A DNA stretch of 64,000 bases from Oikopleura dioica (taxonomy: Eukaryota > Animalia > Chordata), in assembly GCA_907165135.1 (NCBI GenBank), contig OU015569.1, positions 12,090,001-12,154,000 of the forward strand. The letters run 5' to 3'. The notes under the pieces were generated by a model, which worked only from the letters and a program-made list of their open reading frames with translations, did no database searches and was not told the DNA's origin. Within the stretch, counting starts at the first letter, position 1. Each line of letters begins with the position of its first letter. A program made the position numbers and the translations under genes. Below, one piece after another: positions 25,579 to 37,539 of this stretch.

Positions 25579-27060
25579 CTTCTGGGGGTATCCATTTTAA
25601 CGGATTTAATATTTCTCAAATCTTCGCGAAATCGAGCTCTATACCCTTAAAGTCCTGAAACTGGTGATTGTGGATGCGCTAATTGCCCAGACAGGGCATT
25701 AGTGTGCATTCTCTCGCTAATAAGCAGCCGAAGACGATTAGTGGAGAAGAGCGAGAAACAGTGCTGCAAGGAGCAGTCAGAGAAGGCGATGCACAGATCT
25801 CCGATAAAAGTCAGCTTAATGTTCTTTAACTTTCAACTCGCGAATTTCGATTCTTCAGCTCCACAAAACGATGAGCTGCGCCGCCGAGAGAATGTCCAAA
25901 AGGAACGAAAAGAAAAACGAAAAACGCAACGCCGAAGACAAAGAGCTACTCGATTCGGTTTCAGAAATTTCATTTTCCTTTCGGAAATAACTTCAGATCT
26001 CTTTTCCTCTAAGTCTGGGCTCGGCAGCCTGTGTAGAAAACCTGAGTCAGCGTCAGAAAGAGCTGAAATAAAAAGCCGCGCAGCGGCTTTTTAAAAAATG
26101 AAGCCGAGAAGCGGCTTCGCCAGAACTTTTTCTGGATAGTGATTGTAATATTTGCGAAGCCGCTTTGCGGCTTCGTTATGAAAAGCCGCTGCGCGGCTTT
26201 TCATTTCGGCTCTTTCTGACCCTCACTCAGGTTTTCTACAAAGGCGCTATTCTTCTGGTTTAGTGTAGGAAATTGGCAACTCTGCTCATAAGGAAATCAT
26301 TAGCTTATCTGTCGTTTTTTCAAATCCAAAAAAAATTTTGAAACCTTGAAAGCGACTCCAAAACTGAGCAAAGACAAGAGATCTTCGGGGTCAACAAAAT
26401 CAAGACAAGGTCATTCTCATTATTTTGGAATCAAGAATAATTTTTATATTTTCAGGCTCGATCAAACGAATTATTCGGAATACTTTCGACTCACTCCACG
26501 AAACTTGCGGTAAAAAATAAAATTTGTCTTTAATTTTTGATGATATTTTGGAAAAGCTACGAGAGGCGACAAAAAACTGCGACAAAATTTGCGTAGGCGG
26601 CCGTCAGTGTTCGGCGAGCCAATTTTGGGCTTCTGATTGGCTAAAACTTCGACGCAATTTTTTTCGCATCTCATAGTTTTTCCGATTCTTTTTTTAGATA
26701 AGGAACTGACACCCTTATTTTTGATGATCGAAATGAAAAATAAGGGTGTCACTCTTTCAAAAGGCTCTGCAGAAGACAATCATTTTGAGCAGATACGCCC
26801 TAGAATGCTTTAAATTAAAGATATTTTCGAATCACATTGTGGGAGCGTAGTATTTTGGTATTTGATTGATATTATTCGAAATATGTGCGGCCGGAGGGTG
26901 AGTCTACTCAATATTGATGCACTGTACGCGCCATTAGAGCCAAGACTGATCGGGCCTCAGTGGGGTCCCCATCCAAAAGTAAACTTGCTCTCCCTTTTCG
27001 ACACGTTCAGGCTGCTCGGTGCACGCTTCCAGCCAGCACCACCCTGGTGAAGCCACCACC

Positions 27061-30000
27061 ATGGGCAAAGGTTAGAGACCAAACTCGAAACAGAGAGAGT
27101 CGAAAAACAGCGAAAACTGATTGAACATTGTGGAAAATACAGGCAAGGGCCTTTGTTTCAATTTCAAAAAATGAATGGTACAGTGACGTCACGGGCCAAA
27201 GACTGTAACAACAAAAAAGATGAATTGAACAAGAGCAAGAGCAAGAGCAATAATTCTCTTTCTCTCCCAATTTGTCCACCCCTTATTGAGCCTAAAAGCT
27301 TAGCGGCCAAAAATTAAATAAACTGACAATTTTAAATTGACAAAAATTTAATTTTAAAATAAGGAGTTCCCATTAATAATTAATTAGTAAAACATTTTAA
27401 TGGTTTTTCTAGCCCAAGGCTTGTTTTTCAAACCCTAACCCTAACCCTAGAATTTCAGACAATCCGTTTCTTAAAAAAGCCTTCCTAACCCTAACCCTAA
27501 CCAAATCGTTGTTGACACCCTTAAGCTTAACTAATCTTTTGTCCGTTAAAACGAGTACCCCCTATTTTTGATTTAAATTAATTGAATTATTAGCCGCTAA
27601 AAAGGTTAACAAGGGGTACCCCTTAAATTTTTCGATGTTCTTTTCCGAAAATTTGCTTTTTAAAATTTGTAAAAAGAACGCGAAAACATGGGGCCGCCAA
27701 AATGAGAGCAAGCCAGTCAAGTGAACTGAATTACAACAATCGATGAAGAGCGAAATAATCGATCTTAGCCTCGATATCAATTTTTACTACAGAAAACTGT
27801 AAAGTTGTAAGTTTTCGCTACGGCCAAAATAACGCTCGTAAATCACTTTGAAACGTCGAATATTCTCGAGAGAAAAATGATCAAGAAAATCAACGAGGTA
27901 AAATTTTCAAGCGTCGTTGTTGATTTCAGAATTAAGGACCACCCGAATCAAGAATTCTGAAAATTGACCCCGCGGGAGCAAGTATTTTCCTGAATTTTTC
28001 TGAGGTACACCCTTAGATATTAGTTCTTTAGGGGCAACTTTTAGATCGGACTCGCTCCCTTACGGTAACATCTCCACTTAAGGACCCCCGTCAACAATTT
28101 TCGAAAAATCTATTTTCGGAATTTCAAAATTTTGACCCCGGAAATGGATTCTACAGGTCAAAAAACGATTTTGAGGCTTCATTTTTTGGGGGTCTATCTC
28201 GACTCTAACACCCTCAAAATCGCGTTTGAAAATCAGACTTTTGAGGAAAAATGACGAAAAAGTCCCAATTTTGCTATAATTTCAGATTTTTATTGGTCAA
28301 AAAGTGCTCCGAACAAGTTTTTATGATAAATTTAACATCCAGCCACGCTAAGAAGCCAAAATATGGCTTTTTTGAAATTTTCGATTTTGCGAGGAAAATT
28401 GTTGACGGGGGGGTCCTTAAGGGGGTAGAAACAGCTTTTGCCAAAGATGGAATTTTAAAAAATTTTTTTAAGATTTTGATAACCCAATGAATGAAGAATA
28501 TAATTTTTATCAAAAGCTATGTTGGAACGCCTTTAAAATTGCCTTAGAAGTTGAAATTTTGGCGCAAATTTGAGTTTTTCGAAATTTAGCGACAGTTAAA
28601 ATCGTTTAATAAGGGGATAAACGCGAAAAGGATAGATTTGCTTGGATCACATGATCATTTTGAATAATTTTGCTAGGACCATAACTTAAGGGTATCACGA
28701 AGAAATGGTCTTTAAAACTCAAAATTTTGAAAATTTGAGACACAAGTTTCAATCGGCCTCGCAACATTATCATTTTTCATGATTAAACAATTTCAATCAT
28801 AGATGCTCCTAGAAAAAGGATTGAACTTTCTTAAAATGAGATTAGAAATTCTCAGTTCATCACGTGACTCGAGATAATCGTGCTTGAAAATGGGCGAAAT
28901 CGGCATTTTCGACGAGATGGGTTGATGTTTCGCCCTCAACCGCTAAACTGGGTGAACAAAAAATTATTTTAGAATTAGATGTTCTTAAATCTAAGATAAA
29001 TCTAACTAAATTCGAAGAGAGAATTAAATAATCTAAGGTTGGCTGAGCTTGGGCGCCGTTCAAAAATCGGCTTTTTTCAAAAAAGCTGTTTCTACCACCT
29101 TAAGGGTATGCGGAAAGATAGGTCAACGGGAGTAAGTTTTTTTTTGGTTCTTATATTGAAATACACCCTTAAATTTTTTAATGTGTTTAGGGTAAAAATT
29201 TTTGGCCTAAAATTCTAGACAAAATTCACCAAAAAAAAACTCCAAAAAATTGATAAAAATCATAAAAAATTCAAAATTTATCCCAGAAAACAAAATCTAA
29301 AACGTAATCTGAAAATTTTTCAAAACGTTGTACACACCCTTAAAAATATCTTAATTTTTTAATCTAAAAGTAACAACTTAAAAGCAACAAAATGATAGTT
29401 TTTTCGAGAAAAGCAAGAACACGTGGTACGTTGGATTGTGTCTGTAATCGGCAAAGTTGCTGTATGTTAATTGACATCTGACAAGTTTATTGGCAGCAAT
29501 TTTAAATGCAGACAATTTAAAAGAGAGGCAGCAGGACAAAATAGGCAGCGAAAAGAGAGAGAGAGAAAGGCCAATTACAGCATCTTTATTCTTCTTTTTT
29601 TTCCAAAGACAGTTAACTTGAAGGGAGATCCTTCAACTTTCACTTTTCCATTTTCAGTTTTTCGTTTTTGGCTGGTTTTTTGGTTGGTTGAGGGGCTGAG
29701 TTGACAGCCGAGAGAGTTTAATTTCATTTAATGAGACGATAAACTGGCACATATGGCTTCGTTTCCAAACAAGCCCTTTTTCTCTCTCTCTCTTTCTTTC
29801 TTAATCCCTTCGTATTTTTTCCATTGGCAAATGAGAAAAAGAAGCAGCGAAGGAGAGAAAGAGAGAGAGAGAAACTCTGCTGCACCGGCAATTATTGATC
29901 CACAATCTGAGCATATCTGACGGCTCAGCTCAGCCAGCGACCTGTTCAGATTCGAAAAAAAATATAAAAAAACGCCGCTTTTTATCGCAAAAAAAAAAGA

Positions 30001-33000
30001 AAATAAGAGAAAAAAAGAGCTTCTTGAAACTCTCAAAAATCAAACGAAAAAGGTGCTTTTTGAACGACCCTCTTTTTCTTTTTTTTCTGTAATAGTGTTG
30101 TGGAACCTGTTGGGGTTCAATATCAATATTGAATCTGGAAATGTAACTTTCAAAGCAAAACAGAGCCTCATTAATACTTCTGCTCCCTAGTAGAATTGAG
30201 CTCTTGGCAAGAGTCGCTCTCGCTTTTTTCTTCAACTTTTTTGAGTAGAATTTTTTTAAGCTGAGCTCGCTCAAATTAAGCTCCGCTCAAATAAGACTAA
30301 TCTGAGCCTGCTTAGCCTAGCCCATTTTCTTAGCTTCCTTTAAAAAAGATCAACCAAGCCGATTCAGCTCAAAATCAAGAAAATAAGAGCCAGCTCAATT
30401 TGAGCTCTCTACGCTCAGCTCAAAAACTGACTGAGCTCTGAGCCCTGAGCTGAGCAGATTCTCCTTTTTCTTGATTTTTTGAACTGAGATGGGATTTTGA
30501 AAATTATGAAAAAAAGTAATTTTTGTTTTTCAGAAACAAAATTAATCGACAAATTCGAAAGCGACTCGTCGAAGATGACGCAGGCGAGGAAAGAGGGCCA
30601 GGGTCAGGCAAGGGAACGCAACGTTCAAGTAAAGAGCTGAAAGTAGTGACAGTTTAACTCGATCCCGAACCACAGGCAAAGTACTCGCTGGAGCCGAACC
30701 CGCTGCTCGCCAAGCTCAACCCCAATCACGGCACATGGGAGCGCATCGAAGAACTCGTCCACTTAATGAAGGTAAAGCTGGGTCATTTCGGCGGCTTGCG
30801 GAATTGACGTCACTCGCGGACGAATTAACCTTTCTTTACTTTGGTGTTATTTTAGGACCCGTGCACCGGCGTGCCCCTCAGAGCGGTCAAGAGCTTCCTC
30901 TCCAGAATACCAGACGTGTTCACCGGCGAGGACCTTGTTCAGTGGCTGCGCAAGTCATACGGCGTCGACTCAAACGATGAAGCCGTCCATTTAGGTGAGT
31001 CAACTCGAATTCAAGAACTTAAAGTCTCGATCTGGTCCCGGCAACCTGAGTAAAAAACCTGAGTCAGGGTTTGAAAGAGCTAATGAAAATTCCAGAGAGA
31101 GGGTTTTTATCCAAACTCTTTCAAACCCTGACTCAGGTTTTCTACTCAGGTAATCTGATCCGCTGATTATTAAGGGACTCTGATCGCCTGCCACGGCTAC
31201 TTTTACGCCATCGACGAGCACGTGATCACGCTCAAAGACGACAACTCTTTCAACAGATTTCAGGTACCTACAATTAGGAGTACAGACACTGTAAGTTTAA
31301 TTTTGTAGCACGAGAAGTACTGGCCGAGCAAAGGCTGGGAGCCGGATCAAGCATCTTACGCGATCTATTTGATAAAAAGATCATTTTCAACCAAGGTAAA
31401 TCAATAAGAAAGTGAGCCTGGAATAATATGCACGCGCCGGCGGACTATCTTCATTACGGATAAACTATCAATTATTCAAATAAGGAACCAAAACTCGATT
31501 TATCAAAAGTCGAGTTAATCCGTTATCTACTACTAGTAGAGCTACGGTCACCTTATTCTAGAGTCTAATATTCAGAGCCTTAGTTTTACGAAGCTGGGCT
31601 CGGCAACCTGTGTAGAAAACCTGAGTCAGGGTCTGAAAGCTTATTATTCGAGATTTTTCAGACCCTGAGTCAGGTTTTCTACACAGGTTGCCGAGCCCAT
31701 TTAGGAAAAAAAAAATATCCTTTTTCGACTCTGAAAACCCCAAAATTGACTTTAAATAATGGAAAAGTGGAATGAAATCAAAATGCGATAGAGGGCCACA
31801 CTCGTCCCTGGAGAGCGGGATAATGTTTCTGTCGAAATTATCTTTAATGTGTTCGTAATTAGGCGCGGCTCGAACTTGGCGACTACGAAATCGATAACCT
31901 CTCTCGGCTGCAGCGGGTGCTCTCACGCGACTGGGATCGGCTTGTGTCGACGGCCGAGAGTCTCTCCCGCGTCGAAAAGCGAAAGGACAAATCCGACCGA
32001 AAGCTTCATGAATGTCAAGAACGCGCGTTTTGGAACATACACAGGTCTCCTTTCCCTTTCAAAATCGGAAGTTGAGGGCTAGGCAATCTGTGCAGAAAAC
32101 CTGACTCAGGGTCTGAAAGATTCTTAATTCGATTCTTTTAAAAATCGAAGCCGCGAAGCGGCTTTGCCAAAATTCGAAAATAGACTTGAATAATCATCAT
32201 GCTTTTTTCTATTAAACCCTGAGTCAGGTTTTTCCAAAGCATAGAGCCAATTCTAAGGCCCCTCAAAAATGATGGAATTTTCAGACCTATGCCTGGCCAG
32301 GCGAACACTTCCGAGCAAGACATGAAGAAACGCGTTAGAAACAACCGAATGGCTTCGAAGTAGGTGTTTTATTCCAGAGAAGCTTTCTTTTTTTTTAATG
32401 CTTCTCTGGAGGAGATATTTTTGGTATTTTGAGCAGGCAAATACCAGTTAGTAGTAGTGTTTAGATAAAGATGAGAAATGAGACATTTTTATCGTCAATT
32501 TTGGATTAACGGTGATTAAAGGACTTACAGTGACCAGATGGCGACAATGGGACCAAGCGAGCGAATCGAAATGAAGCAGAAAGACATTAGGTACTACTCA
32601 ATGAAAAATTGACTAATCGATAATTTTTCAATTTCAGGCGGCTCGAGCTCGAGAAGGACGCGTTGGAGAAGGCCCTGATCAAACCGTGCCACAGATTTTC
32701 AAAAGCCATCGAGACCCTCATCAGGTGGCCAGTTCTGTTTCTGCAGCGCTGTTTCGTAATCCTTGATTTCAGTTATTGCGACGCGCGAGAACGAATCGAC
32801 CCTCTTCTGCCACACTCCGCGCTGTCTGGTTACAATTCCTGGTCTTCCCGCGACCAGAGTGCCTTAGAAAGGACCGTGCTCTACTTTTGCTCGTCAAAAA
32901 GGGGATTTCGTAGTGACACCCTTTTTTTTTTGGTCGCAAAAGTGGAGCTCTGAAAAAGTGAACCGTTAAAATGGAAAAATGGACTGGCCGATTTGCTGCG

Positions 33001-33756
33001 AAATCAGTTCGGACAAGAAGCATTCGCCAAATTCCTCAAGTCAGAGTATTCGGGCGAGAACTTGACCTTCTGGCTCCACACAAGGCGTTACAAAAGTGCA
33101 CCAGGTAAACTTCAAAATTCAAAACCGGCCGAAAAAACTGCTCTCTTTCAGTTTCCCGGCACCGCGTCATAGCCCGCGCTATTTACGAAAGACACATTTC
33201 TGACGAGTGTCAAGAACCGGTGAATTTGCCACAAGCCGATCGAAGAAAAATCGCCAGATCGCTCGAATCGGAAGAACCTTTGACGAGATTCCTCTTCGAC
33301 GACGCCGCCGAGGAACGAGTGCTTAATTTTTTGTGTCACATCTGCCCTCATTAACCTGAGTCAGGATCTCAAGGGCTTAAATGAAAAGCCGCGTAGCGGC
33401 TTTTTAATTATCGAAGCCGCGAAGCGGCTTCGCCAATTTTCAAAATGGATTAAATTTTGAAAGATAATTTGCGAAGCCGCTTCCCGGCTTCGTTTTTGAA
33501 AAAGCCGCTACGCGGCTTTTCATTTATCCTCTTCAGAAACTGACTCAGGTTTTCCACACAGGTTGCTCAGCCCAGATTCGCATATTTCTCATTGTATCAA
33601 ATTTTTACATATAAGTTAAATTTCCACCTTGGCATCAAATTGATAAGCACGGGCCAGCACATTTTCCGGCTGATGAAAGCGGACTCCTACAAACGCTTCC
33701 TGAACTCGGCAATTTACCAAGAAATGCTGGACAACGTGAAAGTGAAGCTCGCCTGA
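27061..33756 (+). CDS. RGS7: R7-family regulator of G-protein signalling (DEP-DHEX-GGL-RGS; RGS6/7-like)
   Basis: [31 protein letters not shown] (DEP); [11 protein letters not shown]...[10 protein letters not shown]; ARLELGDYE...[14 protein letters not shown]; [16 protein letters not shown]; [20 protein letters not shown]...FDDAAE|[23 protein letters not shown]. Start ATG 27061 (gccaccaccATGG, phase-compatible) is tentative. Confidence 0.9.
28082..28416. mobile_element. Kolobok-type MITE (GGACCCCCGTCA family)
   Basis: ttaa|ggacccccgtcaac...gttgacgggggggtcc|ttaa. Confidence 0.8.
28421..29099. mobile_element. Second TTAA-flanked element abutting the previous one
   Basis: ttaa|gggggtagaaacagcttt...aaagctgtttctaccacc|ttaa. 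Confidence 0.75.
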
Positions 33757-34404
33757 ACAAGACCCTGTTTTTGACCGAAACACGTGACCTCAACAAAACG
33801 TCTTTCAACCACTCACAAATCATCAGCAGCTACAGAACTCGACTCTTCCTTCCTCAAAACAACAAAAAAAGAACACTTCTTTGAAATTTAAATTCAATAA
33901 TTTCTAATTTCCAATTCACTGCACATTTTGAAAAAGAAAAAGAAATAGTTTCATTTTTTGCGCTCTGTAAATTGCAAATCTTAGAATTAAAAAAGAATCT
34001 TTAAAAAATTTCTTTCTTCGTATTTTTTGGCGAAAATTACTTAAAAAAAAGCGTTCATGATAAAAATCCCTTTGACCGAAGCAGCCTGGGCTCGGCAACC
34101 TGAGTAGAGAACCTGAGTCAGGGTCTGAAAGATCAAAAATGAAAAGCCGCAAAATTATCATTCAATTTTATTGCGGCTTTTCATTTTGATCTTTCAGACC
34201 CTGACTCAGGTTTGACAAGAAGGAAGAGGGGCAATAATCAGCGCGCTTATGCTCGTCAGTAAGATCGTAAAAACGAAGCCAAAAAGCGGAATCAGAAGAG
34301 TTTTATGATCTGCGCGTAAAATCGGCGGAGCGAGCATCATTTCAAAAATAAACTTCTTTTCTTGTTGATTATTATTTCTTTCGAGAAATCATTACAAACA
34401 GCTG

Positions 34405-37294
34405 ATGGATCGAGCAATCGAATTGAACAAAAGAATCTGTTCTTTGGTCGAGCTTCTGGGAGGCGAAGGAATTCCGATTGTTCTTGATCGAGTCGGCGGC
34501 GATTCCGGCCAAAAGACGGCAGGTTTCCAAGAGGCTTCTGTTGAAGAGAAAATGGACGAGACAAGTCAAGAATCTGAGGAGTATTACGAATCTGATGAAT
34601 TTTCTGACTCTGACGAGTCTTATGAGTACGAAGAAGTATTGACGCATCCAGAAGAATTGACAAGAGAAGCTGTTGAGAAATGGCTGGAAGAGTTTCAAAA
34701 GAAATTGAAGAGAAAAACGAGCAGAGATGATTTGGACAGGTTGATTTTGTCGATGGACAGAATGCAGTTTGAAAATGATCAGTGTGGTCGATGGGAGGAG
34801 GTCATTTTTGAACATGGAACAGGAAAGCTGTCTGGAACTAACTTTTGGGGAGAGAAAGTTCAGGAAGAATGGAGAGTAACTTCATTTCAAAAAATGATTC
34901 TTTCGAGAAATCCAGATTTCGAAGGACGAATAATTCAACGTTCAGAATTAAAAGAAGAAACCGGAGAATGGATTCTTGATGAATCTTTTCAGCAAATTTC
35001 AGCGGGAGGAGAAGCGATTGTTTTTGAAGAAAAATTCGGAGAATTGGAAGTGGCCGTTCGCGTTCAGGCTTTTGATCCCGCCCTATTTGTGGGGAATGAA
35101 GAATTGGAGTTTGGAATTCATCTTGCAAAAGGTAATTTTTGGCGTTTATCTTAAATAGGAAAAACTAAGGATTGATCGTAACAAAAAGGTTTGGTTAAGG
35201 AGGGATCACAACACTAAGGATTTTCCAAGGATGGAACGTAACAAAGATGATTTACTTGGGCCAAACCAAAATCAGGAAGTATAAAGATGGGAAGTGACAA
35301 AAAAGGAAGTAATATTTTTGGAATGGGTTTTCATTGGCCGGTAGGCCAAATGCAGCGATCTTATTGGTCTTCAGAAAATGCACTTCCTTTTTTGTCGCTT
35401 CCTATCTTTATACTTCCTTTTTTTAGTTTGTGCCATTTACTTACGATGGAAAGAATTATTTGGAAACTTCGATTTTTCAAGTGCAATTTTAAGGGTGTTA
35501 GCGGCCTACCCGCCTAAAGAAACCCCCCTTAAAATGAAGCTCTCGGCCCCTTCTAAAGTGTTGTGATCCCTCTTTAACCAAACCTTTTTGTTACGATCCT
35601 TCCTCAGTTTTTCCAAAATAAGATAAATGCCAATTTTTATTTTTTCATATTTTTTTATTATTCTTTAGAATACGAAATCGCCCATTACTACGAAAAAGAC
35701 GACGCCCGAATGATTCCTTTCCACAAAAACGTGATCAAAAATTTCTGCAACATCGAAGTCTTTTTGAGCAGCGACTTGGAGAAAGAAGACTGTGTTGGAT
35801 GGATCACGATAATGGAGAAATGCGACTCGGATTTGAGAAGCAAATTGAAGAATAATGAGTTGAATTTGGAAGAAAGGAAGAAAATTGCGATTGGCGTACA
35901 AGAGGGATCGGAGTATTTGGAGAATATTGGAATTTATCATTACGATGAGAAGCCAGAAAATGTCCTTTTGAAAAATGGAGAAGCCAAATGGATCGATTTC
36001 AGCATTATTCAGGAAGAGACTGGACTAGAGAGTTATCGGGAGATGGGTTACGCGAGGAGAGGAAGCAGATTTAGAAAAGGCAACTGTTTATGTAAGTTTT
36101 GAGCTTGTTGAAAAATTCTCGAATTTTATCTTTTTTTCGTAGATGCTGGGTCACCTGCCTTTTCTTATAGCCAGCAGATAGGCGGAGAATACGGAGTCGA
36201 TTTCTCTCGTCCTCATATTTTGATTCTTTGCGATTGGAAGACAGCCTGGACTCTTTTATTCAAACCAATCGAAGAAGAAGAAAGAGAAATCATCAAAAAA
36301 GAACTTGAGGTAAGTTTTTACTTTTTATAAAAGAAAATATTCTTTCTAAGACTTGCAATGCTGACTGGCTCTCAAACGAAGAAATACCATCAATCTCAAA
36401 AATCCAAAGCTTGTCAAAAATCATTTCTCTAAAAAGCGCGTCTTCTGATTTTTGCCTGGACGACCCAAATCTAACGAAATCAACTGCAATGGCCAGTCTG
36501 AAACAAAAACTGACAAAACAGATAAATTTCGATTTCAAAAATGTGACGAAGAATGTTTTAAACCAAAAAGAAAGCGATCTTTGTGTACCTATTTCTGTTT
36601 CGGTGCTTTTGAGATGGGCACTCAAAAATGATTTGAAAATTGAAGATTCTAAAATGGAAAGATTTTTTACTCTGGAAAAAATCTTCACAAATTTGACAAT
36701 GGTGATTTATCCGCGGAGTTTGGCTGGCTTCAATCTCAATCCGAAAAAAGAAGAACAAAAATTTCAAAACAACGAAATTGAAATGCTTCTCAGAAGATTG
36801 AAATTCAAGACTTATTTGAATAAAAGTGGATGGCAAGTTATAAAAGGAAGCACAAGCGACGCGATCAATGCCAGTTTCGATTTCGAGCAAGGTAAAGAAT
36901 CCAAAACTAAAAATCAAATGAAATTAAAAATTCAGTCCTCCTCCATGGCAACTTCGTCTTCTCTCGTCCCCTAACCGTCACCGGCGTTTATCCAAATCCG
37001 GACTCTTCAATGATTTTCCACCAAATGGTGCTGGACCGAATCGAAAACTCCGAATTCATTCTCCAAAACACTCTCATCGACCATTCCGGCTCTCAAATCA
37101 GAATTCCAGTTTCAAGAGAATTCTACGCTTCGTACGAAATGATGGAAGACTGTTACAACAGCTACCAAGATTTCGTCTATTATGGAGACAACAACGAGTT
37201 TCTTGAGTTAGTGAACGAAAATTTCAACATGGAAACAGAAAAATGGTATCTTCTGCCTCAAGCTTATTCAATCACTCTGACTAGAACTCGATGA
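34405..37294 (+). CDS. Atypical Ser/Thr-kinase-fold domain fused to a papain-like (clan CA) cysteine protease domain
   Basis: Five GT-AG exons (34405-35131, 35669-36091, 36143-36309, 36351-36891, about 36937-37294). Kinase motifs ISAGGEAIV, VAVR, IMEKCD, HYDEKPENVLL, IDFS. Protease motifs FDFKNVTKNVLNQKESDLC, RPLTVTG, HQMVLDRIENSEFILQNT. Confidence 0.8.
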
Positions 37295-37539
37295 CTGAAA
37301 AAATAAACATTCCTTTATTAAAAACACGTGATCGTGAAAATAAAAATTGTGAAAATTATTTTCATTTTTTTACATTTTGCAGTAGACAATCACTGAAGCG
37401 GCGGAGAGAGAGCTCCTGTCCAGAAACCAACCAGAACAGAAACAGCTATTTTGCTCTTTGTTTTATTATGGATGTACAGTTTGAAGAGATTGCGGCAGGT
37501 GGTAGGACAAGTGAAAGAAGCAGATTTACAAAAGGGGGA

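Noticed and set aside
27432-27502. CCCTAA arrays as a true chromosome end or fusion site
   Set aside because: Only 2-3 units each, embedded in genic DNA, and elsewhere carried by a MITE.
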